A stretch of DNA of 64,000 bases, from the NCBI GenBank assembly GCA_964016885.1, contig OZ024747.1, positions 46,314,001-46,378,000 of the forward strand, written 5' to 3'. Each line of letters opens with the position of its first letter. Position 1 is the first letter of the stretch. The DNA comes from Eledone cirrhosa. Its lineage: Eukaryota. Below the pieces are notes generated by a model. That model was not told the origin of the DNA and did not search any database. It was given only the letters and a program-made list of their open reading frames with translations. The position numbers were made by a program, and so were the translations under genes. Positions 14,082 to 27,712 of this stretch are shown here, piece by piece.

Positions 14082-14958
14082 GTGTGTGTGTGTGTGTATG
14101 CGCGCGTGCATATATATATGTAGAAGACTCATGCCCAAATTGCTGTACCCTGAGTTCGTATACAGACCCTTGCGGTAAGTTGCTTGCGAATCTATTTACT
14201 AAAAAGATGTGGGAGGGCTTTTTATAATTAATTGTACCTAAAACTAGGACTAAGAATGGTAAATAAGAGAGTGAGATGCAATTTCTATCTACCAAATTGG
14301 TAAATCCGGGCGAGACTATAGTAGAATATCCTTGCCCAACAGGACACGTTTCACCCAGAATTCCTTAACCTCACAGCTTTGCCATCGCATATATAATACG
14401 CCTTTACATTTTATTGATGTTGTTTTATTTGTTTGCATCCCAAGTCATCTCTTATCTAATAGACATATGCTAACCCGTTAAACTCTAAAAACTCAAACGA
14501 GGACTACCATGAAAAAAAATACCCCAAAACGGGGAGAAATTTGGCAAATTGAGGAGATTTTGCATACTGAAAGCTATACCCCTTTTCACGAGAGAAGACA
14601 TCTCTCACCGACCCCAAAGTGGGTGGGAGATCTCCCCGTCGGATGGGGAGAGTTGACAAGTCTGAACATATGGTGAAAGGTGTTATAGCTCTCAGTATTT
14701 CGTTTTATATTGTTGACAATATTATCCAATTTATCATAACTTATTTTAAGTGGTAGGATCTGGTATAATAGAAATTTGGCTGATGTTTCTAACACATCAA
14801 GTGATAACACAGAGAGACTGCAGTAGAGTATTGAAAGATATTCAGTTGTAATTGTACTTCTTGTTTTTGTTTTATTTCTTACACTCCGCACACCCAAAGA
14901 CACATATATGAAGGTTATGTACTTATATATGTATAAAAACGTACATAGATATTCACAT

Positions 14959-15024
<66 letters not shown>

Positions 15025-15388
15025 ATATATATATATATATGTGTGTGTGTGTATGTGTGCGTGTGTTCCATGTTCAATCAGGGCTAACCACAATAAGTAA
15101 GATACTCAATACATAATACGGTATATATGATATTTCATATCGAAATGGTTTCTACAAAACTAGAACTGTTTCATTCGAAGGAAATCATCAGGATTATACG
15201 TAATATATCTATTACGGCTTCTTGCAATCTGAGTTCAAATTCAACCGAGATAAAATTTGACGTTCATCCGGGGACAGTAAACAATGTAGATTTTCCAGGT
15301 GGTGCTATTAAGTTAGACATGGCCTGGGCTAATACTGGCCGAAACCTATCAAATTACCTGCTTTTGCATGCATCCAAACATCTATGTT

Positions 15389-15480
15389 AGGCATGGGCAA
15401 CCTGTTTTGAGAAACGGGCCGCATGAGATATGGCTCATCATCAGGCGGGCCGCATGCGCTAATTTACATTCGAGCCCACA
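15389..15480 (+). mobile_element. Possible hAT-type DNA transposon terminal fragment
   Basis: aggcatgggcaacc followed by repeated (g)cgggccgcatg motifs, resembling hAT/Charlie-like ends; the matching other end was not found. Confidence 0.35.
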
Positions 15481-16073
15481 TTAAAAAAAAGGGCGGTAAC
15501 TCAGGTTGTCTTGATTTGTTTCTTCAGAATTCGTACACGTTGTTTTCCCCGATCGTCAAAATAATAGAAACATAAATTACGACTGAAAAGTTGGGGCAAA
15601 AATCCCCAAAAGATTTCGCTTAGGTGACTTAGGCCCATGACTGATTTATGTTATAGAAGGGTCAATTGTGAAACGCTTTTGATCGAATATATGAAAAGTC
15701 AGTGTGGTGAATAAGGATGGGCCTTAAAATGACAGGTGCTGTTATCTCACTAATCGAATTCCTTTACGAACTTACCCATATATTAAAGTTTGTCACCCTC
15801 AGGTTCTTTAAATATATGTTGCTTTGTAAAGCGTGTAGTCAACTTTACCTTTCATCCTTCCGTAACCGGTAAAATAAAGTATTATTCAAATACCAGCGTC
15901 GACATAATCGACTATAAACCTCCCTCAAAGCTGAATCCTGCTACAGCATATTTTGTCTTGTAATAAACAATATAGGCGGTGGATGTAAAGAATGTTTCGG
16001 CTCTCTTATCAATGAGACTAACCTGGCGTTTAGGGTCGATACAAAAATATACCAGTCCTGTACTGGGGTCAAT

Positions 16074-16168
<95 letters not shown>

Positions 16169-16928
16169 CCTTCTCTCGAGGAAATCGACTGCGTTCAGAC
16201 CTGAAGAGGGGATGGGCAGCGATAGGTTTAAAATTCTCAAGATATTCCATATATCACTTCGGCGCCTCTACCACTTCATTAAGAATTACTGTTGCATACA
16301 TACAATATACATACAATAACAACCTCTATAGTAATGATATTATCTTCCAAACAATGTGTCGATCTTATGATCACTTATGCATTAAACCATGTCAACTGAC
16401 CAGTATTCACGATTATTTTAACAACGCAACACAAACAAACTCAACAAAGTAATACTAGAGAGCGTATTATATTTCTTTGAGCCTGAACAGTGACGCACGA
16501 ACAAAGGAATTAAGGCTTGTCTTATTAACGAAGAATTATAATGTGTTTGAAAACAATGAGGTTAAGAATGGGGACTTTCGCGTTTTCAAAGAGGACACAG
16601 ATTGAAAATAGCTTTTGAAATTTACTGATGTAAAAAGCTAAAGTCACTGTCCAAGGAAGGACTGATAAGGATGGGCAAACTTCATTTAAAATATTATACT
16701 GTGTATTAGGACTTAAAGTAAAGTAATAGTCATACATATATGTACACACGCGCACAGGGCAACACGCACATACATATATGTATTATTGGCAGCATATATG
16801 TATAATCACCCCCCCCCCCCCCCCCTCACACACACACTGTTATATGTATACATATGTGTGTGCGTATGTGTGTGTGTGTGTGTGTGTGTGATATACGTTT
16901 TATATTCGATATATAGCTACACACGCAC

Positions 16929-17183
<255 letters not shown>

Positions 17184-17324
17184 ATACATATAGTTGATCA
17201 CGGCGAGAACCAAAACTTATAATTTAAATGTGTGTACTTAGATAATAAACGAATAGCAGTCGGAGGGCGGCCTGTATCATATTATACCCACGTCATTCGA
17301 CCAATTATATATATATATATACAC

Positions 17325-17400
<76 letters not shown>

Positions 17401-17442
17401 GCTTTGTGTTGTATATCCCATTTACAATGCAGATGACGATGA

Positions 17443-17620
17443 TAATTGTTTCTACTTTTGGCACAAGGCCAGCAATTACCCAGTGCATTACTGGTACTTT
17501 ATTTCATCGACCCCGTGAGGATGAAAGGCAAAGATAACCTCGGCGAGATTTGAACTCACAATGGCAAGGACCGTAACTCTATACGTCAAAGCATGGCGTC
17601 CGACCCTCTACCGATACTGA
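17443..17620 (-). mobile_element. SINE copy
   Basis: Reverse complement of the 134-300 / 23209-23400 consensus. Confidence 0.9.
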
Positions 17621-17969
17621 CAAATAACGATGATAATATTTGAAAAGTATAAATCATAGTTGAATGAATGAATGAATCGAGTAAAGTAGAGTTAGAGACG
17701 GACACCCACAGAGAACCACGTAACTCATGTACGCTGGGTAAGCGCATTAAACCATTACGCCAAAATGTGCCTGGCAGATAGTAAACGTTTTGTTTGGAAA
17801 GATTTTAGTCCTTGGCCAGAAAAGTAAATGAGATTGATTGACTTACGAAGCATTGGGTAATTTGAAAACGTTGTCGTCGCCAACTACTATTGGTATACAT
17901 CAGATATTATTGTAGTTATCTGTATAATATATACATGATAAACAAAAAAACATATACACATATAGATAT

Positions 17970-19254
17970 CTATCTATCTAAGGCGGGTAAAATTCCCGAG
18001 ATCCATGGACGAGTTCTCTCCAGCGGTCTCTGTCCCTCATTATCGCTGCCATATCCTGCATCTCCAACAGATCAGTGTCTGTCCTTAGGGCATCAACATA
18101 TGTTAACCTTGGTCTTCCTCTTCTAGTGTGTCCATGTAGGGGCTCCCAAAGGAGCACTGAGTGCAATGTCAACTCCGGATGTCGGTGAGCATGTCCAGCC
18201 AACCTCAGTCTCCTCTGTGTCCCTTTTGAGCTGACTCTTGGGGTGCTCCCATACAGCTCTGAGTTTTTCATCCTCAGTGTATACTGATTAATGTTCAGAG
18301 CCATCCTCAACATTCTCGTGTAGCACCCATCCACCATCTGAGTGAGTTTCTTGGTCAGTGTCCAAGTCTCAGACCCATACAGCAGCACAGACTCCACTAC
18401 AGCAATGGAGAGGCGGATTTTCAGGTCTCTACGAAGGTCCGACTTCCACACCGATCTCAAGCTGTGGCACGCCGCCCAGGCCTTGCTCTTCCTCTCAACC
18501 ACATCATCCTCCGTATTCCCAATCTTTGCTCCCAAATACAGGAAGTCCTCAACCAATTCCAGCGGCTTCCCGCCTACATTAGTGATCCCCTCTGGCTTCT
18601 CAACATTCTCTACCAGATATTTTGTTTTAGTCTCATTCATTCTCAGCCCCACACTCATCGACACAGTCTCAACCTCCCGCATCAAATCCTCTGCCTCCTT
18701 CACTGTATTTGTCACCAAAACTATGTCGTCGGCAAAATCAGCATCCGATACCTTTTTCGCCCCAACTCTCCTGCTCTGAGCCGGTGCTACAGTAACAACT
18801 ACCGGGGGATCTAACTGACGTCACTTGTGGCAAAGACCCTCAACAGGATGATTCTTAACAGGATCCAGCCTGAGATGGAGAAGAAGCTCAGGGACAACCA
18901 GAACGGCTTCAGAGAGGGTAGATCAACCACCAGTCACATCCTGATGCTGAGGAGGATATTAGAGGGAGCTAGAGCAAAGTGCCTTCCTGCGGTCATGGTT
19001 TTCATTGACTTTAGGAAGGCCTTTGATTCTGTGGACCGTTACTGCCTGATGAAGATCTTACAGGCTTATGGAATCCCCAAGAGGATAGTGGACCTGATAT
19101 CACTGCTCTACACCAACACCAAAGCCCAAGTCATTACACCTGATGGGATGACAGAGTTCTTTGAGATACTGGCTGGAGTGCTCCAGGGAGATACATTGGC
19201 TCCCTACCTTTTTATCATCGTAGTGGACTATTGTATGCGCCTTGCACTGGAGAA
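17970..19254. mobile_element. RTE-clade LINE, 5'-truncated with 5' inversion; TSD ACATATAGATAT (17958-17969 / 19255-19266)
   Basis: The 3' part is on the minus strand ending in a (TAGA)n tail; the upstream RT part is on the plus strand; the junction is at ~18812. Confidence 0.92.
17978..18810 (-). pseudogene. RTE reverse transcriptase C-terminal portion
   Basis: VSDADFADDIVLV (catalytic FADD), GLRMNETKTKY, DFLYLG, VVESVLLYGSETWTL, RRLRLAGH, RRGRPRLTYVD, DRDRWRELV. Confidence 0.92.
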
Positions 19255-19257
19255 ACA
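18815..19257 (+). pseudogene. RTE reverse transcriptase N-terminal portion (inverted segment)
   Basis: KTLNRMILNRI, QNGFREGRST, FIDFRKAFDSVD, GVLQGDTLAPYLF. Confidence 0.95.
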
Positions 19258-19393
19258 TATAGATATATACCCCCATATATATATATATATAACCAAAGAT
19301 TAGTATGATTCGTTGATTACTCAACGAATACAATTTTACAATAGATTAGAAGCACACAACAGAATAAGGTTTTCCTGGAGTTTTTAATATTAT

Positions 19394-19803
19394 TCAAAAT
19401 GTTAACAAATGAAAAATATTATCATAATCAAAATATATACTTTATTATATATACTTCAAAGGTACTGTGTTTTTTTTTTTCAGTAAGTCCTCATCAGACA
19501 AAATATCTGATTTGATATATGACATACTGCTACAGTCTTGATTATTCAATTCCAGTATTAGCAGTCAATACTGGAATTGAAATATCTGCCAATATATATA
19601 TCTAAATTATCAGTCAATACTGGAATTGAAATATCTGCCAATACTGGAATTGAATAATCAAGACTGTAGCGCTATGTCATATATCAAATCATATATTTTG
19701 TCTGATGAGGACGTACTGAAAAAACAACACAGTACCTTTGAAATATATATAATAAAGAATATATTTTGATTATGAGAATATTTTTCATTTGTTAATATTT
19801 TGA
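19394..19803. mobile_element. Foldback element (~165-bp arms) with hammerhead-like cores and micro-duplicated spacer
   Basis: 19394-19559 is the reverse complement of ~19641-19803; tgt-CTGATGA-ggacgtact-GAAA...aca at 19699-19731; the spacer repeats caatactggaattgaa three times. Confidence 0.85.
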
Positions 19804-20146
19804 GTTTTGGGGGGTCTTATTCACGCAAGTGTCTAATCTTTTATTTTCTCAAACCCACGAAGACTAGGCTTTTTTTTTAGAAGCGGCCTTTACTCGCCTC
19901 GTTATAGCTACATCACTGGGTTGTGAGAGTTTTCTTGGGAGCTACAGGTGTCACCCATTGCTCCATCTCCCCTAGTAGTTTACTGCTATTCGTCCGGGGT
20001 TGCTTATTCGTCCGACAGCTACCCGCATATATTTTAAATCCCCACCATATTTGGGGGCCGTATCGCTACCCGACACCTGCAATCCGTTCTCAAGCAGAAC
20101 AGCTCTGCCGAGAATATATATATATATAAATATATGGTGATAGGGT

Positions 20147-20218
20147 GATGTATTGGTGTAAATGGTAGCACAGTGGTCTGGATAACCAAAGATGTGGGTT
20201 CGACTCCCATGTACGTCA
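20147..20218 (+). other. tRNA-like cloverleaf (probable SINE head), nominal anticodon GGA
   Basis: Acceptor GATGTAT/GTACGTC, D arm GTGT-aaatggta-GCAC, anticodon arm gTGGT-ctggata-ACCAa, T arm GTGGG-TTCGACT-CCCAT. It lacks the Ser long variable arm and runs into a repeated tail. Confidence 0.7.
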
Positions 20219-20362
20219 ATACTCATCTTTTTCCATTTCTCCGACGGTTCTTAACCCCACTATCAGGCTAAATAATTTCTTTAATTTCTTTAGTCAAAAT
20301 ACGGCGATAGCTTACATTTATAATAATTTCAAACCCGCTCGCTGTTTCGAAAAATATTCTTA
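20208..20362 (+). mobile_element. Tail shared with the 28.5-28.8 kb foldback, ending at (TA)n
   Basis: catgtacgtcaatactcatctttttccatttctccga...ttagtcaaaatacggcgatagct...gctgtttcgaaaa matches both arms at 28530-28812. Confidence 0.9.
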
Positions 20363-20436
20363 ATATAAATATATATATATATATATATATAGTGACGAAA
20401 CATAAGTCAATTGCATGAACTCATAATCCTTTATTT

Positions 20437-20492
20437 ACTGGTATATATATTTCGATGATAGCCATTGAATGGCTATCATCTCATCAGGCAGT
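20437..20492 (-). ncRNA. Type I hammerhead (family of 42.5 kb)
   Basis: Minus strand: actgc-CTGATGA-GATGATAGCCAT-tca-ATGGCTATCATC-GAAA-tatata-TA-ccagt; perfect 12-bp stem II, one stem I mismatch. Confidence 0.82.
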
Positions 20493-20551
20493 TAGTCAGT
20501 TCTTAGATATGCCAGCTCTGTGTTTAGAGTGTTGATGGTATCAGAGCCTTG

Positions 20552-20622
<71 letters not shown>

Positions 20623-21428
20623 CAAAGAAGTTTCGAATCGTTTCAAGGCTGTCAATGGATTATTGGCCTACAAGGATAAATTATGATGAACGATTATTAA
20701 ATTGATCTGGACATCAATTTAATGGGTGGTTAGCTTTAATCAATAAAATGAACATAAATAAATATATATAAACAAATCCTCTGCAGAAAGGTCCTCTGCA
20801 GCGATGATGATGATGATGATGATGATGAGGGGGAGGAAAGAGAGGAGAAAATAAAGATTGTAACAATGATGAGTTCGATGAAATCAATGATGATGAGAAT
20901 TATGATAATAATAGTAGTGATGGTGGTGGTATTGGTAGTAGGTGTTGTGGTCGTCGTTTTTTTTTAATGATGATGATGATGATGATGATGAGGATTTGAT
21001 GATAATGATACAGACGATGATAATGATGATCGTGATGATGATCGTGATGATGATAATTTTTATTCCAGACACACGAAATTTATATTATTTCATAAATTCT
21101 TCTTAGATGGTGTACAATCAAAGAAAAATGCCCCAAACAAAATTATAGGCATTTCCTCGAATTTCCTAGTCTTTCGTAATATATTTCTTCGAAAGTAAAT
21201 TGAAAAATATATATATATTTTTTTTTATTAAAGTATGAGACAAATATTGAGAGACATATATGAAGAGAGAAATAGAAGAAGTTAGAGGGACGGGGGGGGG
21301 GGGGGGGGTACACAGTTATACAGACAGTCAACTTTAAATATGGTTACAGTTCTTCTAATAATGACGAATTCTGGTAATAACGCCACACAAAATCACGTTA
21401 TAAACACATGTATATACATCGAAATATA

Positions 21429-21505
<77 letters not shown>

Positions 21506-21506
21506 G

Positions 21507-21575
<69 letters not shown>

Positions 21576-21597
21576 ATATATATATATATATATTGAT

Positions 21598-21631
<34 letters not shown>

Positions 21632-21840
21632 CGGATTGAATTAGTAACTTTCCCCATATATTTGACTACAGAAAATGGTGTAATAATGGTGTAATAATAT
21701 TAGAAGAATATATACCCATATATATATAAATATACATATATACATCCATATAAATATACATATATACACACACACATATATATATATATTATACACACAT
21801 ATATATATATATATAAATATATATATATATGTGTGTGTGC

Positions 21841-21881
<41 letters not shown>

Positions 21882-22013
21882 GGATGTATATTTTTTCTAT
21901 ACACATTATATACAAATATATATATATATATAATGGATGTATAGTTTTTCTACGCACATTCATATATCGTTAAAGCGGCGCTCCAACACTTACTTATTAA
22001 CTAAATTGATATA

Positions 22014-22076
<63 letters not shown>

Positions 22077-22109
22077 GTATGTATGTGTGTATGCCTATGT
22101 GTATATGTA

Positions 22110-22224
22110 TATATGTATGTGTGTATGTATGCATGTATGTTTGTATGTATGCATGCATGTGTGTTTGTATGTATGCATTGGTACCGCATTTCTATGTGTT
22201 TGCGTTTGTGTGTTATAAGTATTA

Positions 22225-22272
<48 letters not shown>

Positions 22273-22291
22273 TAAAACTCATAGTTAAATA

Positions 22292-22337
<46 letters not shown>

Positions 22338-22675
22338 TAAATATATATATATATATAATTAAGTTAGAAGTGTACATCCACATATGTATACTGAAATACT
22401 AGTATGCATATAAATACACACACGTATACATATGTAGATGTACCGAGTTTTTCACTGGACACTTTACTGTGAGTGTTCAGCTAGTCTGTATGTAATTTCG
22501 TTTCGTTATTTGTTTGTATATATATATATATATATATAGTTTAATACTTATAACACACAAACGCAAACACAGAAATGCGGAACCAATGCATACATACAAG
22601 CACACATGCATACATACAAACATACATATATACATATATACATACAAGCATACAAACATACATACATACACACAC
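22110..22675. repeat. Inverted repeat pair (~140-bp arms) interleaved with (TA)n
   Basis: gcattggtaccgcatttctatgtgtttgcgtttgtgtgttataagtattaaacta (~22175-22229) versus tagtttaatacttataacacacaaacgcaaacacagaaatgcggaaccaatgc (~22537-22589). Confidence 0.85.
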
Positions 22676-22677
22676 AA

Positions 22678-22950
22678 TTTTCTCTTTGGCCAATCCCTCA
22701 TTACACTTTTCAAGTTTCACTTGGAAAGGAAGGTAAAGGTAAAGAGAGAGGTGCTTGAACCCCCTCCCCGTAGTACATTTGCTGAAATGTGTTTGAATGT
22801 GGCGAGAATGGCCCGGGTGAATGGGCCTGCTTTGAGCATGCGCCTGTAGGCAGGTTGATTTGAAGAACTTGGTGCTCTCGGGTGGTTCAGGATTAATAAG
22901 GATACCTGAGTCCACCTGGGTACTTCTTCCCGCTACTGGGGAATTCTGTT
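22678..22950 (+). pseudogene. 3' end of the Tx1/L1-like LINE family
   Basis: FLFGQSLITLFKFHLERKVKVKREVL...NVARMARVNGPALSMRL*; homologous to ~1243-1285. Confidence 0.55.
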
Positions 22951-22980
22951 GTTTATATACTTATTGTTTATTGTTATTAT

Positions 22981-23595
22981 GGTGGATTGGCAGTATCGGT
23001 AGAGGGTCGGACAACATGCTTTGCAGCATAGAGTTACGGCCCTTTACGGTCTGAGTTCAAATCCCACCGAGGTTAACTTTGCCCTTCATCTTTACGGGGT
23101 GGATAAAATAAAGCACCAGTAACGGACAGAGGTCGATTTAATCGAATTTCCCCTCCCCCCAAATTACTGGCCTTGTGCCTATACTAGAAATCATTATTAT
23201 AAAACGGTGGTGGATTGGCAGTATCGGTAGAAGGTCGGACGCCATGCTTTGACGCATAGAGTTACGGCCCTTAACATTCTGAGTTCAAATGCCGCCGAGG
23301 TTAACTTTGCCTTTCATCCTTACGGGGTCGATAAAATAAAGTACCAGTAATGTACTGGTTAATTGCTGGCCTTGTGCTCAAAGTAGAAACAATTATTATA
23401 AAACGGTGGATTGGCAGTATCGGTAGAGAGTCGGACACCATGCTTTGAAGCATAGAGTTACGTCCCTTTATGATCTGAGTTCAAATCCCGGCCAGATTAA
23501 CTTTGCCTTTCATCCTTACGGGGTCGATAAAATAAAGTACCAGTAATGCACTGAGTAATTGCTGGCCTTGTGCTAAAAGTAGAAACAATTATTAT
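22981..23595 (+). mobile_element. Three head-to-tail SINE copies
   Basis: Heads ggtggattggcagtatcggtaga at ~22981, 23210 and 23405, joined by attattataaaac. Confidence 0.92.
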
Positions 23596-24074
23596 AAACA
23601 TCAGCATCATCAACATCAGAAACAGCTACATCCGGAACATAAAACATATTTAGGTGCTAAATTATTGCGTTTTATGAATACAGTTCAAAATATATTGCTT
23701 TCTCCCCCCCCTCTTTCCGCTACCTCTACCTCACTCTTTCATTCATTTTTCGTCTATATCCTTTTTCTATCACAAACACAAATTCAAATACTCACTCTCA
23801 TACAAACACATACACACATACACACAACACACAAACACATACACACAATCATATTCACGCACGGTGACACCTCTTTCACTGATACATACAAATACTAACA
23901 CATTCATATATCTACACATATTAAGTTAAGTCTATCACAAACATTTCGGAAACAGTGTGAGGCAGAGAGCAGGGAAATATATATATATGAGGTAAAAGAA
24001 TGCCATCCATCTTGTCACCTTTCAAGAAACGATAGTAGTGTCTTGATATCTGAGAGATGGTGTGTAACTTCCTA

Positions 24075-24297
<223 letters not shown>

Positions 24298-25157
24298 TAT
24301 GAACTATAGCTGGAGAGAGGAAATCAAAGAAAGATAAATGAAATATACTGGCAATCACTTTCTAAATGGTAACTACATAAATTTCAATATGACTAATGGC
24401 TATTAATCCAGATAGAAAATCAGTAAATTAAATTACTAAAATAGTTGTTTTCTTCTTCAGGATGAAAGAATGAGAGAGAGAGAGAGGGGGGGAGGGGGAG
24501 TGGATGAGAAGCAAAAATATTACTAAAGTATCAAATATTTTTCTCTAAAATTCTTTCATCATGGTAGTTAGTTCTCGACACCAATAAATCATTCAGTATT
24601 GGTAGCCATCTGTTTGTAGGAAGACTGAGAATAGGTTTCTCTATGTGTGAGTAATGATCACTTTTACAGTGACACACGGCGTGATATCTTGTGGGACAGA
24701 GTTAACCACGTGTCTATAGTCGATTGAATCTCCACTGTACATGTCTTCAACATATTTTGAAGAATTGGAAAGGATGAAGTGTAAAACTGGGTTTAACCCT
24801 TAGAAAGAAAGAACTCTTGGCTGTGGCACAGGATCACTGCCTTATCCCCAGAAACCACCGAAATCATATAATGAAGCAAAATATATGAAATAACAGCTGA
24901 ATTTGCGTGATTGTTGAGAAGCAAACATCAACTTAAATAGCCGTGGAGGATTAAATCAGGAATGATGAAATATATAGGCAAATAGTTAGCCAAAACCCAT
25001 AGAACATAAAAATACATATCATACAAGGAATAGTACAAGAAGGCATTACACACATAACATAGAATGGTTTCACTACAATAAAAAGTACAAAATCAAAACA
25101 AGGCTCTCTCAGTGCTAAGTAGGACAGCTAAACCACACAATAATGGTTTCTGGTTCA

Positions 25158-25551
25158 GACACAAGGCCAACAATCTTTGGGGAAGGTAAAAGTCTATTAA
25201 ATGGATCCTAGTACTGGTACTTATTTTATCGACCTCGTAAGGATGAAAAGTAAAGTTAAGCTTGGCAGGATTTGAACTCAGGACTTAAAGTGCATTAGTT
25301 CTATGTCGCTAAGCATATTGTCCGACGCTCTACTGATTCTGATAATCTAGCACCCTTGAATTACGCAACAATAATAAGTATCATTATCTTCTTCATCAGG
25401 GTGGTTCACGCATAGAGTTACGGCCCTTGCCATTCTGAGTTCAAATCCCGCCTAGGTTAACTTTGCCTTTCATCCTTACGGGGTCGATAAAATAAAGTAC
25501 CAGTAATGCACTGGGTAATTGCTAGCCTTGTGCCAAACGTAGAAACAATTA
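25158..25551. mobile_element. Diverged SINE on minus strand (25158-25350) and truncated SINE on plus strand (25410-25551)
   Basis: SINE core present in both orientations. Confidence 0.8.
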
Positions 25552-25587
25552 TCCTCTTCATCATTAACAAAAAAAAAAAAAAAAAAA

Positions 25588-25975
25588 GATCCGTTCTATA
25601 TGGAATAATAGCTGTTCGACAAAACTCCATAAGTCAGCAATGCCCGAACACTGGGCGAGTGCGTGCAGAATGGTTTCATCACCCTGTGCGCATCTCGGAC
25701 AGGTCCGTCTGACAGCACTTTCGTGCCTGTAGTTTGTCTCGAACTGGCAGTGCCCTCCGGTAGCGTTGCCAAGCGAGGGATTTCTGGAAATTGTCCATAG
25801 AGGTCGGTTCAAATGTTCTCCAAAGCAGACTGGTTAGTTCGATTCCGTCGTCACCCGAATCTTTTCTGAGAATATCGTCGCACTTAACCACCACTAGTCC
25901 TTGACAAAGGGCAATAACCAAGAAACTTGTTGACTGTTTATCGAAGCCACTCCTGGAGCAAACGGATGACGATGG
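25588..25975 (-). pseudogene. Tx1/L1-like LINE fragment with zf-RVT zinc knuckle
   Basis: MDNFQKSLAWQRYRRALPVRDKL and, after a frameshift, CPRCAQGDETILHALAQC...LW. Confidence 0.8.
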
Positions 25976-26034
25976 TCATAAAAAAAATATAGCGTAATGA
26001 GGCTGTTTGCTTGCAAACTAATCGAATATTATTA

Positions 26035-26228
26035 GTGGATTAGCAGTATCGGTAGAGGGGCGGACGCCATGCTTTGCAGCAAAGAGTTACGGCCCTTTAT
26101 GGTGTGTGTTCCGATTCCGCCGAGGTTAACTTTGCCTTTCATCCTTACGAGGTCGATAAAATAAAGTACCAGTAATACACTGGGATAATTGGTGGCATTG
26201 TGCCAAAAGTAGAAACAATTATTATTAT
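26035..26228 (+). mobile_element. SINE copy
   Basis: Full head, core and tail match to the family consensus. Confidence 0.9.
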
Positions 26229-26318
26229 TCGATATAAAACTCATAAACGCATTTATGTAACTCAGTATGTGAGAGCGAGAAATAAAATTCTAATTTTGTG
26301 TATACATATATAAATATA

Positions 26319-26364
<46 letters not shown>

Positions 26365-26367
<3 letters not shown>

Positions 26368-26535
26368 AGGAGTTGTGGTAAAGAACCAGATGGACCAAAA
26401 CGCACCAGAGTATTCAATACTAATAGGAAAATGTATGACCCCGACGGCAGAGCTCAAGCCATTTCGACGGCTATGTCTGTCCAGAAATAGACGTCGAAAC
26501 GGCTTGAGCTCTGCCGTCGGGGGGTCATACATTTT

Positions 26536-26540
<5 letters not shown>
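26365..26540. mobile_element. (TA)n-flanked element with 118-bp palindrome (26423-26540) made of two hammerhead 3' halves
   Basis: Right arm reads GAA-ACGGC-ttgagctct-GCCGT-C-gggg (left arm has one substitution); the centre is a stem-II-like hairpin; no CUGANGA present. Confidence 0.88.
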
Positions 26541-26591
<51 letters not shown>

Positions 26592-26643
26592 TAAACGGAA
26601 TAGAAAATGCTGACAAATTGTTCACAGTTGAAAAATGGTTTAA

Positions 26644-27544
26644 TCTATATATATAAAACTGTGGTTGTCTGTCTGTCTATCGATTTTTGGCACACATCTC
26701 CTCTTAGAATCTCTCACGGAATTGCACCGAAATTGCTAGACTTGTACATTGAGCCCTAGCGAAGACATCGGAAAAAACAAATTTCAAATTGACCCACCCT
26801 ATGTGACGAAATCGAATATAATGTATCGATTTTTGAGCGTAAGTTATCAGTTATTTCCTTTTGTTCTGTTTACATTGAGCGTCTTACGTAAAAATTACGC
26901 TGGCTTTCTCAGCGTTTAAAATGACATTAACACAATACACGAACAGTTGTCGAGCCAGCAAAATATTGACCTGCAAAATTCATCAGTTCGAACACTAAGC
27001 TTCCGTTTTGCTTCATTTCCATTTAAAAGCATTTTAAAACAATATTTTTACTTGAAAACAAGTCTATTTAAAGACTACGTAAAACAAGCAAATATTTCGT
27101 AAAAAAAAGCAAACATTATATAAGTTTATTTAAAATATATGTATCTGTAAATTTCGTTAGGCGTGCAGACAGATAGTCGTGCAGAGAGGTAATATAGGCG
27201 TGCAGACAGACAGTCGTGCAGAGAGGTGATATAGGCGTGCAGACAGACATAACTGATAATTTGGTTACGCTAATGTTTTTCTCTGCGTTGCAGTGTTTAC
27301 ATTTTCGATCTTTGTTAATAAATAACCAGTGCAGTTTTTATCCCCAGCATCCTCTTTTGTTATAACATTCGGGTTATCGTTATGTTTTCTTAACTTCATA
27401 AGGTTGAGGGAATATTAATCAAAACACCACATGCAAGTCTGCACAGTAGACACTACAGTTTTTAAGCCAAGAGAAAGAAACTTAACATTGTAACTTTAAC
27501 ACAGCTACTGAGCGACCCCGAGCAACGCCGGGCTTTACTGCTAG
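26644..27544 (+). mobile_element. Non-autonomous Helitron
   Basis: 5' TCTATATATATAAAA; 3' hairpin CCCGAGCAACGCCGGG (27517-27532) then CTAG; inserted between A and T with no TSD (empty site visible in the opposite arm); internal ~37-bp tandem repeat at 27158-27248. Confidence 0.92.
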
Positions 27545-27712
27545 TTAGGAATAAAAGAGTATTAGTAATTGTATGGGTTAGTATTCAGTTGTGGTTTTAA
27601 GTTTTTAAGTTTTTACCGGTTGCGCATTTCTATATGCTTTTCAAAAATAATTTTGAGATAGAGTGTCCGTGCTGTTTGCTCTGATCTGATTAGTTTTGGG
27701 AATTCTACCTGT

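Noticed and set aside
20147-20218. Functional tRNA-Ser(GGA) gene
   Set aside because: It has no long variable arm, a mismatch in the anticodon stem and a pyrimidine at position 37, and is attached to a dispersed repeat tail.
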